Below the pieces are notes generated by a model, which was given only the letters and a program-made list of their open reading frames with translations, did no database searches and was not told the DNA's origin. Positions 1-7,469 of a stretch of DNA of 64,000 bases are shown here, one piece after another (the first letter of the stretch is position 1; each line of letters begins with the position of its first letter). Origin of the DNA: an uncultured Planctomycetaceae bacterium (lineage in GTDB: Bacteria; Planctomycetota; Planctomycetia; Isosphaerales; Isosphaeraceae). The DNA lies in assembly GCA_963833985.1 (NCBI GenBank), contig CAWIAD010000002.1:1248001-1312000 (forward strand). Reading direction: 5' to 3'. A program made the translations under genes and the position numbers.

Positions 1-2
1 AC

Positions 3-755
3 CTTCTGGGCGCGTCTGAGCTGGAGAAGTTGAGAGTCGCGGTGGCCGCTGTGGAACAGGCGGCAAGTGCGCTCGATGCGACCAATGATCGTTTCCAGCT
101 CGAGGCCGAGCCCTGCGATGGCCGGAAAGTCGCCAACGCAGTCGCCGACCCGATCCTCGATCACCCCGGGTTCTTCGAGGTTCTCAGTCTGCCCCATGTC
201 CTCGACGTCGTCGCGGGGCTTCTCGGTACGCCGAACGTCAAGCTCCACCACACCAAGCTCTTCATGAAATACCCCGGCTCTCCGTGGTCGATTCACTGGC
301 ACCAGGATTTCTCGTATCTTCTCCACTGCAATTTTGACCTGCTGGCGGTGATGTTCATGCTCGATGGATCGGACGACGAGAACGGGGGCCTGAAGGTCGT
401 GCCGGGCTCGCATCGCGAAGGACCGATCGAAGTGACAAATCCCGAGGCAGGCTGGATGATCGACCTGGCGCCCTGGGCCGCCGGACGTCTCGTGGAGTCG
501 CTCACGGTCCCGCCTGGGGGAGCTTCCATACACCACTGCTGCCTGGTCCATTCCTCCGCCCCCAATCGATCCACGCGTCCGCGCCGGGCGTTCATCGTCG
601 AATATTCCGCCGCAGACAATTATCCGATCGCGGGCAGGACTGACTACGCTGGCTATGGGACGATGCTCCGCGGTTTGGACCCTCGGAGAGCTCGCTGCAT
701 CGCGGGAGACTGGCGCATCCCGCCGGCACGCAGCCGAAGTCGACACCGCCAGTGA
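3..755 (+). CDS. PhyH-family Fe(II)/2-oxoglutarate dioxygenase, 5'-truncated by the window edge
   Basis: HWHQD (H-x-D), GLKVVPGSH, distal HSS and RRAF motifs; the frame is open back to position 3. Confidence 0.88.
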   Translation, partial: LLGASELEKLRVAVAAVEQAASALDATNDRFQLEAEPCDGRKVANAVADPILDHPGFFEVLSLPHVLDVVAGLLGTPNVKLHHTKLFMKYPGSPWSIHWHQDFSYLLHCNFDLLAVMFMLDGSDDENGGLKVVPGSHREGPIEVTNPEAGWMIDLAPWAAGRLVESLTVPPGGASIHHCCLVHSSAPNRSTRPRRAFIVEYSAADNYPIAGRTDYAGYGTMLRGLDPRRARCIAGDWRIPPARSRSRHRQ

Positions 756-1137
756 GCACCCGTTTCCGAGCATGAAGCCCGGCCCGGCCCTCAGGTCTCT
801 GGTCATCGGGCCGCCGCTCCCAGAGACTGGCCAAGCAGGGCGTGCCCGTATTCGCAGGCGACGGGCGCGTGCACTGACCGGTCAAAGTGTGGCGCTGCGC
901 CGTTGTCGCGACCGGCTGAGTGCGATGCTCCCATTGCCGAACGGAAAAGTTCGGGAGCCGCGGCCGGCGTTCCATGATTCATTCGGAACGAGTAGTGATC
1001 CAGAGCCTTGACACGGGCGTTCCGGCGCGTTCAAAATCATTTCGCTCAAGTCGGCATCGGAGATTCTCCGGTGCACGGACAACTCTATGTGCACCTCAAC
1101 GGGCCAGCAAATCCTTTCTCAAGGCCGGAGTGACACG

Positions 1138-1464
1138 ATGAGCGAACAAGATCGGATCAAGGACGCGCTCAGCAAGATGACCGAGGATCAGGTCGAGGCC
1201 ATCAGACGTGTATTGACATCCACGTACGAGGAAGGTCCCACGAAGCTCACGCCGGAGCAGATCAAGAGCCTGGCGGCTGAGTCTGCCGAATTCCACAGGG
1301 CACAGAAACAGGTGGCCGAAGCGGTCGGCGTGCTGTGGAACGCTCGTCTCGATCTGGCCATCAAACTCGGAGATCCGGAAGACGTACAGCGTGCCATGAT
1401 GCGACCGGTCGACTTTTACGACAACTGCGACTGCGGTGGCACCGTAGGCACCCAGTGCTGGTGA
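1138..1464 (+). CDS. Putative RiPP precursor peptide, 108 aa, long helical leader and Cys-rich core ending in Cys-Trp
   Basis: GGAG 7 nt before ATG 1138; charged Cys-free N-terminal ~90 aa; all three Cys in the tail FYDNCDCGGTVGTQCW; directly upstream of a radical SAM/SPASM gene. Confidence 0.78.
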   Translation: MSEQDRIKDALSKMTEDQVEAIRRVLTSTYEEGPTKLTPEQIKSLAAESAEFHRAQKQVAEAVGVLWNARLDLAIKLGDPEDVQRAMMRPVDFYDNCDCGGTVGTQCW

Positions 1465-1484
1465 CTCATGCTCCTGGCAGGTCG

Positions 1485-1505
1485 CACCTTGCGTAGCGCG
1501 AGGTG
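1485..1505 (+). promoter_or_regulatory. Stem-loop just downstream of the precursor stop codon
   Basis: CACCTTGCG-TAG-CGCGAGGTG, 9-bp stem with one G-U pair, no U-tract. Confidence 0.35.
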
Positions 1506-1651
1506 AGATTCTTCAACGGAATGGTGACAGGGCGAGTGCGTCCCCGAGCTTCCTGCGCATGGGACGGCTCGCAACCCGGTCAGCCTCTACGGACTGTCTG
1601 GGACGGAAGCACTCTGTTGATCGAAACTCGACAACCGAGGTGGCGAAGACC

Positions 1652-3037
1652 ATGAACGTAACGACCTGGATGCCATCGCGCTTCAACCTCGCAACTCGGG
1701 ACGCGGACGGTTCCCTGCTGCTCTACAACAGCTACATGGGCGCCTTCGCCCGGATCCCGGAGGCCGAAGTGCCACGGGTCCGATCGGCCCTCGACGGCGG
1801 ATTGTCCGAGGACCCCACTGGCATCCTGGCGGAGCTGTGCATCAACGGCTTCCTCGTACCCGACGGCGTCGACGAATTCAAGAGGGCCGAGGCGCTGCGG
1901 ACCGAGGAGTACACGACCAGCCGCGAATTACAGCTCGTGCTGCTTCCGAACGAGCAGTGTAATTTCCGCTGCAAGTACTGCTCGCAGACGTTTACACGAA
2001 AGAAGATGAAGCGGGAAGTCATTGAAGGTATCGTTGCGCACGTTCGATCGAGAGCTGCGGATCTGTCAGTACTCACGGTCGGGTGGTTCGGCGGCGAACC
2101 ACTCACCGCCATCGAGATCATCGAGGAGGTCGCAGGTCGCTTGCAGACGATCTGTGCAGAGTACGGGATCTATTACTCCAGCAGTATGACCACGAATGGT
2201 TACCTGCTGACGCCGCGGGTCGCGAAGATCCTCTTCCGCGCGGAGGTCCGAGGATTCCAGATCACGCTCGATGGTCCCCAGGAACAGCACGATCGGTTGC
2301 GGGTGCTCGGCGATGGCAAGACCGGCACCTTCAAGACGATCCTCAGCAACCTCAACGCCCTGCGCGACCAGCCGGAAGCGTTCAAGGCGGTCATCCGCGT
2401 CAATTTCGACGCGGAGTCGGTGGATTGCATGGACCCTTTCCTTGATCTGGTGCGCTCCGAGTTCGCTGCGGATTCGAGATTCTGCCTCGATTTCCACCCC
2501 GTGGGAAAGTGGGGCGGGCCCCATGACGAATACCTCTCGGTCTGCGGGATCGACGATGGCCGAACCTACTCGGTGGATCTGGCCAGGAAGGCGGCCGAGG
2601 GAGGGTTTGAACCTTACGCCCTGCGTGAGAAGCTCAAACCGCTTGGCAGCAAGTGCTACGCGGCCAGACCGCATTCGTTTGTCATCGGATCCGACGGGAC
2701 CGTCTACAAGTGTACGGTTGCGCTGGAAGATCCGAGGAATCATGTTGGCCGCATCACCGGCGAGGGCGCGCTGCTCATCGATGCCGACAAGCACGCTCAA
2801 TGGATCGGCACGGGAGACAATGAGGACGCCGGTTGCCATTCGTGTTTCTTCCGGCCGTCGTGTCAGGGGAACGCCTGCCCTTTACATCGAATGAACACGA
2901 GTGAGCGTCCCTGCCCGACGATCAAGACGAATATCGAACAGGTCCTGTACACGATCTCGGCAAGCCATGCCATTAAGTCGGCGGGCCGACGGGCCGAACC
3001 GGTGAAGGAGCCCGCCCATCTCACAGTCGATTCCTGA
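1652..3037 (+). CDS. Radical SAM/SPASM peptide maturase with RRE-like N-terminus
   Basis: CNFRCKYC, WFGGEP, TTNG, ITLDG; SPASM cysteines CYAA...YKCT...CHSC..PSCQGNAC..C; GAGG upstream of ATG 1652. Confidence 0.92.
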   Translation: MNVTTWMPSRFNLATRDADGSLLLYNSYMGAFARIPEAEVPRVRSALDGGLSEDPTGILAELCINGFLVPDGVDEFKRAEALRTEEYTTSRELQLVLLPNEQCNFRCKYCSQTFTRKKMKREVIEGIVAHVRSRAADLSVLTVGWFGGEPLTAIEIIEEVAGRLQTICAEYGIYYSSSMTTNGYLLTPRVAKILFRAEVRGFQITLDGPQEQHDRLRVLGDGKTGTFKTILSNLNALRDQPEAFKAVIRVNFDAESVDCMDPFLDLVRSEFAADSRFCLDFHPVGKWGGPHDEYLSVCGIDDGRTYSVDLARKAAEGGFEPYALREKLKPLGSKCYAARPHSFVIGSDGTVYKCTVALEDPRNHVGRITGEGALLIDADKHAQWIGTGDNEDAGCHSCFFRPSCQGNACPLHRMNTSERPCPTIKTNIEQVLYTISASHAIKSAGRRAEPVKEPAHLTVDS

Positions 3038-3041
3038 TTCC

Positions 3042-4088
3042 GTGACTCGCATGGAAATCGCGGACGATGCGACGGCGTCCGGCGCGTCCGGGACCCTGTC
3101 GTCATTCTTCGCGGCGTGGATCGAGCCTTTGTTCCCCCGGGACGAGCAAACGCGGATGCTCGAGGGCTTCGCATTCCTCGTCGACCGAGCCTTTGCCGCT
3201 CCGCTCGGTCCGGGAAGTCGCAGGTCCAATCTCTGTGCGGACGGGACCCCGCTGGAGATGTCGCTGGCGCTTGACAACAGCGGTCGCTGGGCGATCCGGT
3301 TTGTATGCGACGTGGCGGCAGGGTCGACCGCCGACGAGTCGATCGGGTTCCATCGCGCACTTGCGGACAGGGTGATCCCGGACTCCGGTTCACGCGCGGA
3401 GGAACTCGACTGGCTCTTCGGCAAACACCTCTCGGGTGCGCTCGAAAGCTCGCGGTTCCGGGTCTGGTACGGGATGGGCTTTGCTCCTCAGCACATGGAT
3501 GTCGGTAAACTTTATTTCAATACCGAATGGTTGTCGGCGGTCCAGGTGCACGAGATCGCGGCTCGGTTTCTGTCGCCGGAGATGCTCGACGGCCTGGCGT
3601 CGATTCCTTTGCTGAAGAGGGAATCCTACGTCGGCGTCGGTTACGATTTTGACCGCGCAGGGCTACGAAAACTGAAAACCTATGTCAGATTGGCCGGGCT
3701 CGACGTCGCTGCACTCGAGAGCAGCGTGGACTGCCATTGTCGCGGCCGGCAGGGCCGCTTTCGGCAACTCCTGGAGAGGGTAGCCGAGGCCTGCGGTCGG
3801 CCCTACGAGGACAGCTTCGTCGCTTCCGCCGGCTACGTTCCTCGCTGGGGGAAGCGAGAGTTCAAGGTCTACCTCTCGCTGGCGGCCTGGGGCATACGCG
3901 ACTTCGCGGCGACGGCTCCGTTGTTGCAGGCGATTCTCGCCGGCTGGGGATTTCAGGCGGGCACTCTTGACACCTCACCCGGCCCCGCAGGGTGCGTGCC
4001 GACGCTCCTGGCGATCGGCGTGGATGATGATCGAGAGCTGGCGTCAATCTATTTCAAACCCGAGCTGGATCCCGGAGTGTGCCCGTGA
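3042..4088 (+). CDS. DMATS-type (tryptophan dimethylallyltransferase-like) aromatic prenyltransferase
   Basis: SNLCADGTPLEMS..IRFVCD motif and repeated K-x-Y strands (KLYF, KTYV, KVYL); start may be ATG 3051. Confidence 0.7.
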   Translation: MTRMEIADDATASGASGTLSSFFAAWIEPLFPRDEQTRMLEGFAFLVDRAFAAPLGPGSRRSNLCADGTPLEMSLALDNSGRWAIRFVCDVAAGSTADESIGFHRALADRVIPDSGSRAEELDWLFGKHLSGALESSRFRVWYGMGFAPQHMDVGKLYFNTEWLSAVQVHEIAARFLSPEMLDGLASIPLLKRESYVGVGYDFDRAGLRKLKTYVRLAGLDVAALESSVDCHCRGRQGRFRQLLERVAEACGRPYEDSFVASAGYVPRWGKREFKVYLSLAAWGIRDFAATAPLLQAILAGWGFQAGTLDTSPGPAGCVPTLLAIGVDDDRELASIYFKPELDPGVCP

Positions 4089-4360
4089 TCGTTTCGGCTC
4101 CTCGATCACTCGTCCGAGGCCTTGGCGGCGTTCCATGGCAACTTGAACCTGGAGACCGATGACGCAAGGCATCCTGTACCGGCATAAGATCGCGCGGCGA
4201 TCTGCCGAAGCCAAGGCACCGGGCCATCTGGAGATGCTCGTGGGACGGTGGAGGGAGCCAGGCGCCGGGCGGAGACTCCGCTCGCGGCTTGCCGGGGGTG
4301 GATGAATGCGAGCCCGAACCGTAGTCGATAGGAAGAGCCTTCTCGCTGGGAGTCCGCGAC

Positions 4361-5908
4361 ATGAACGCCGTTCAGGATTCTTCGATCCGCTCCTTCTCTT
4401 ATTCGGGAACGGTCTACGATTTCGACACTGCCACGCTGCGTTTCCTGGCGCGCGATCGGTCGGGGCATCCTGCGGAGACGGCCTGTGGATGCCGGGAACC
4501 GGAGAGCCCCGCCGAGCCAGCGATGCGTCCGGCCGGCATCAACTTCATCACTCTGAACGTGGCCCACGACTGCAATATGACCTGCCCCTACTGCTTTGCC
4601 AAGGAAGGGCTCTACGGCGGACCGCGGCAGCTCATGACGGCGGAGACGGCCAGGCGCTGCGTGGACTGGCTGATCAAGGTCTCGGGGGCGCACTCGGATT
4701 GCTTCCTGCGCTTCCTGGGCGGCGAGCCGCTCCTGAACTTGCCTGTGATGCGCGCAGCCATGGAGTACGCCCTTGAGCAGGGGGCCGCACGGGGCAAGCA
4801 CATCCACTTCAGCGTGAATACCAACGGCACGATCTTCAGTGAGGAGGTTGATGAGCTTTTGCGGAAGTACCGCGTGACTATCTCGATCAGCATGGACGGC
4901 ACGCGGGAGGCCCATGACACGTATCGAGTTTTCCGATCCGGGCGGGGGAGCTACGACACGGTCGTGCAGAACGTCCCGAAGTTCCTTGCGATCGATCCCT
5001 ATGCGATGGTGAACGCCACCCTCACGGCCGACAACGTCGACCTCTTCGAGTACGCCGTGCATTTCCGCAGCCTGGGGTTTCAGATCATCCGGTTCGCGAT
5101 CGTCGGCACCGCGGTGCCTGGAGTTGCCGTGCGTCGCGAGGAATTGCTGGATCGCATCCGGACCAACTATGACCGGCTTGCCGAGTACTATGCTGATGAC
5201 CTGAGACACGGACACATCTGGTACCTGTCAGACTTTTACAAGTATTTCGAGAACCTGCGCTTCCTTCACCCACGAATGAATCGGTGCGGGGCCGGGACGT
5301 CGTACGTGAACATCGACGTGAATGGAAAAGTGCACCTTTGCCACCGCTTCACCGCCGACAAAACTCAGGAAATCGGCGACGTCTCGAATGGCCTGGATCA
5401 GCTCGCGGTTCCCCACGAGATCCGGAGGATGAACCAGCTGCTGCCCATGAACGGCTCGGTCCCCTCTGGCGTGCAGCCGTCCCCGGTTCCGTCGCGAGGT
5501 AATTCCGTCAGCGTCGCGCTGCCGGTCATCGGCCAGGTCTCAGGGGCCTCCTCCTGCGGGAGTCATGTAAGCAGACCGCATGCGGAGGATCCGCTCACCG
5601 CCGTGCATCGCCGGCTTGATGGAGAAGTGATGCTCGAGCAGCGCGGCTCTCTGGCCGGCGGCAATAATCCGTGCTCGATTTGCGACATTCGCTTCTTGTG
5701 CGGGGGCATGTGTTTCCACGATGGGGAAATCCTTCACGGGGACCTGTTCGGCGGTCCGGACGTTTTCAAATGCGAAGTGGATCGACACCTGGCCAAGATT
5801 GCCATCTGGCTCGTCGACCAGATCCACGCGCTGGACGATGGCGTCTTCGCCGAGCTGGACAGGTTGCACCAATGCTCGGCCCAGCGCACCAAGGGCAAGG
5901 AGCACTGA
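4361..5908 (+). CDS. Radical SAM/SPASM enzyme resembling SCIFF/ranthipeptide thioether-forming maturases
   Basis: LNVAHDCNMTCPYCFA..G.YGG.R.LM, FLGGEP, CGAG..Y...CHRF, CSIC..RFLCGGMC..C. Confidence 0.9.
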   Translation: MNAVQDSSIRSFSYSGTVYDFDTATLRFLARDRSGHPAETACGCREPESPAEPAMRPAGINFITLNVAHDCNMTCPYCFAKEGLYGGPRQLMTAETARRCVDWLIKVSGAHSDCFLRFLGGEPLLNLPVMRAAMEYALEQGAARGKHIHFSVNTNGTIFSEEVDELLRKYRVTISISMDGTREAHDTYRVFRSGRGSYDTVVQNVPKFLAIDPYAMVNATLTADNVDLFEYAVHFRSLGFQIIRFAIVGTAVPGVAVRREELLDRIRTNYDRLAEYYADDLRHGHIWYLSDFYKYFENLRFLHPRMNRCGAGTSYVNIDVNGKVHLCHRFTADKTQEIGDVSNGLDQLAVPHEIRRMNQLLPMNGSVPSGVQPSPVPSRGNSVSVALPVIGQVSGASSCGSHVSRPHAEDPLTAVHRRLDGEVMLEQRGSLAGGNNPCSICDIRFLCGGMCFHDGEILHGDLFGGPDVFKCEVDRHLAKIAIWLVDQIHALDDGVFAELDRLHQCSAQRTKGKEH

Positions 5909-6015
5909 ACAGAGGCCCGTCCGCGCCGGCCCGGGGACTTTCCCAACCTCGGTGCAGGTCTCAACGTCAATACGGCTCGTCCTTCACGGGCGGCCCGCCG
6001 GAGGCTCACTCAGCC

Positions 6016-7449
6016 ATGGTCGACTGCGTCCTGGTCTACCCGAACCCGTCTCGCGATAGCCCCAATCGCAACCTGGCGCTGGGCATTCTCTTCGTCGGTG
6101 CGGCTCTCGAGGAGCAGGGCTTCTCCGTCGCCTACATCGACCTGCGCTTCGACACGAGGCAGGAACTCGCCGGCTTGCTGACTGGCGGTGTGCGCGTGCT
6201 CGGCGTCTCCGTCATGACCGGGAACCAGTGCAAGGAAGCCGCGGAGGTACTTCGCATGGCGAAGACCCTCGCGCCCACTGTCCGCACGGTCCTTGGCGGT
6301 GTGCACCCGTCGATGCTGCCACAGGAATGCCTGGATGAACCCGACGTCGACTTCGTCGTCACCGGCGAGGGCGAGCAGACCATGGTCGAGCTGGTCCAGG
6401 CCATCCTCGACGGCACTCACGATTTTGGCGGCATCACGGGGCTGGGGTGGAAAGATCACGGGGAGACGAAGCGGAACCCCGACCGTCCGTTCATGGACCT
6501 GGCAAGTGCGCCGTTCCCGATGACTCCGGCCAGCAGGCGCTTCTACGAGATTGCCGCCCGTACGGGTCACGTCAGTTACTTCACCACGCGCGGCTGCCCT
6601 TTCCGTTGCAGCTTCTGCTACAACCTGGCCTTCAACAAGCGGAAGTGGCGCTCGCTTCCGATGGAGCGACTCGAGGAGGATCTCCGGCGGGTCCGCCGCG
6701 AAGTTCCGTTCGACCACGTCTACTTCGTCGACGATTACGTCGGCCATCGCGTCGAGCGTCTCCGCGACCTGGCCAGCACCATGAACCGCATCCAGCTCAC
6801 CTGGCACTCCTCGATCCGCGTCAACGACATCAGCGCCGAGACGGTGAAGATCCTGGCCGACGGGAATTGCAGGCTGATGCTTCTGGGTGTCGAATCGGCC
6901 GCCGAGGACGTGCAGCAGGGAATCCTCGTGAAGGACTATCGCCAGGGCATCGACGACGTGCGCCGTTGCGTCACGAGCATCGCGCGGACGAATATCACGC
7001 CGCTCTACAGCTTCATGTACAATGTCCCCGGCGAGACGTCCGAGCAGCTCAAAGAGTCATGCGAGCTGGCCGAGTGGATCCATCGCACCGATCGACGGGC
7101 GCGGATCGGCTTCTACGCGTACACGCCCTACCCGGGAACGCCCCTCTATAATCAGGCCCTCCAGTCGGGCTTTCGGCCCCCCTCGCGGCTGGAAGGCTGG
7201 GGACAGATGAGCCTGAGCAACGACCTCAACCCGAAGCTGCGCGACCTCTACTACATCGCCGGACTTCGCTTCCGGGGCCGCAAGGGCGACCGCACGGATG
7301 AGAACTTCCCCGGGCTCCAGCGGCTGCGCATCCTGCCTTTCGAGGCCATTTCACGAATGCGCTGGCGAATGCGGAGTTTCGTCTACACGGACTACGAACG
7401 CCGGATGGTCACCAACATGATCGAGCACGCCACGCGCCGTGCGCGCTAG
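6016..7449 (+). CDS. Cobalamin-binding radical SAM protein (class B methyltransferase-like)
   Basis: GGVHPS, GEGE, TRGCPFRCSFC, GVES, PYPGTPLY; GGAGG upstream of ATG 6016. Confidence 0.92.
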   Translation: MVDCVLVYPNPSRDSPNRNLALGILFVGAALEEQGFSVAYIDLRFDTRQELAGLLTGGVRVLGVSVMTGNQCKEAAEVLRMAKTLAPTVRTVLGGVHPSMLPQECLDEPDVDFVVTGEGEQTMVELVQAILDGTHDFGGITGLGWKDHGETKRNPDRPFMDLASAPFPMTPASRRFYEIAARTGHVSYFTTRGCPFRCSFCYNLAFNKRKWRSLPMERLEEDLRRVRREVPFDHVYFVDDYVGHRVERLRDLASTMNRIQLTWHSSIRVNDISAETVKILADGNCRLMLLGVESAAEDVQQGILVKDYRQGIDDVRRCVTSIARTNITPLYSFMYNVPGETSEQLKESCELAEWIHRTDRRARIGFYAYTPYPGTPLYNQALQSGFRPPSRLEGWGQMSLSNDLNPKLRDLYYIAGLRFRGRKGDRTDENFPGLQRLRILPFEAISRMRWRMRSFVYTDYERRMVTNMIEHATRRAR

Positions 7450-7469
7450 ATGAGAGGGTCGGCACGACG

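Noticed and set aside
3..755. Fe/2OG halogenase
   Set aside because: It retains H-x-D, as do the other two Fe/2OG enzymes; halogenases have H-x-G/A.
756..1137. Extra small ORFs (655-1011, 920-1141 with CxxC) as additional precursors
   Set aside because: Arg/Pro-rich, no RBS and no similarity to the 1138-1464 peptide.
1087..1137. Longer 125-aa start for the precursor
   Set aside because: A GGAG sits just before ATG 1138 and the extension looks non-coding.
5671..6015. N-terminal extension of the B12-rSAM given in the ORF track
   Set aside because: It overlaps the upstream rSAM; the domain and an RBS point to ATG 6016.
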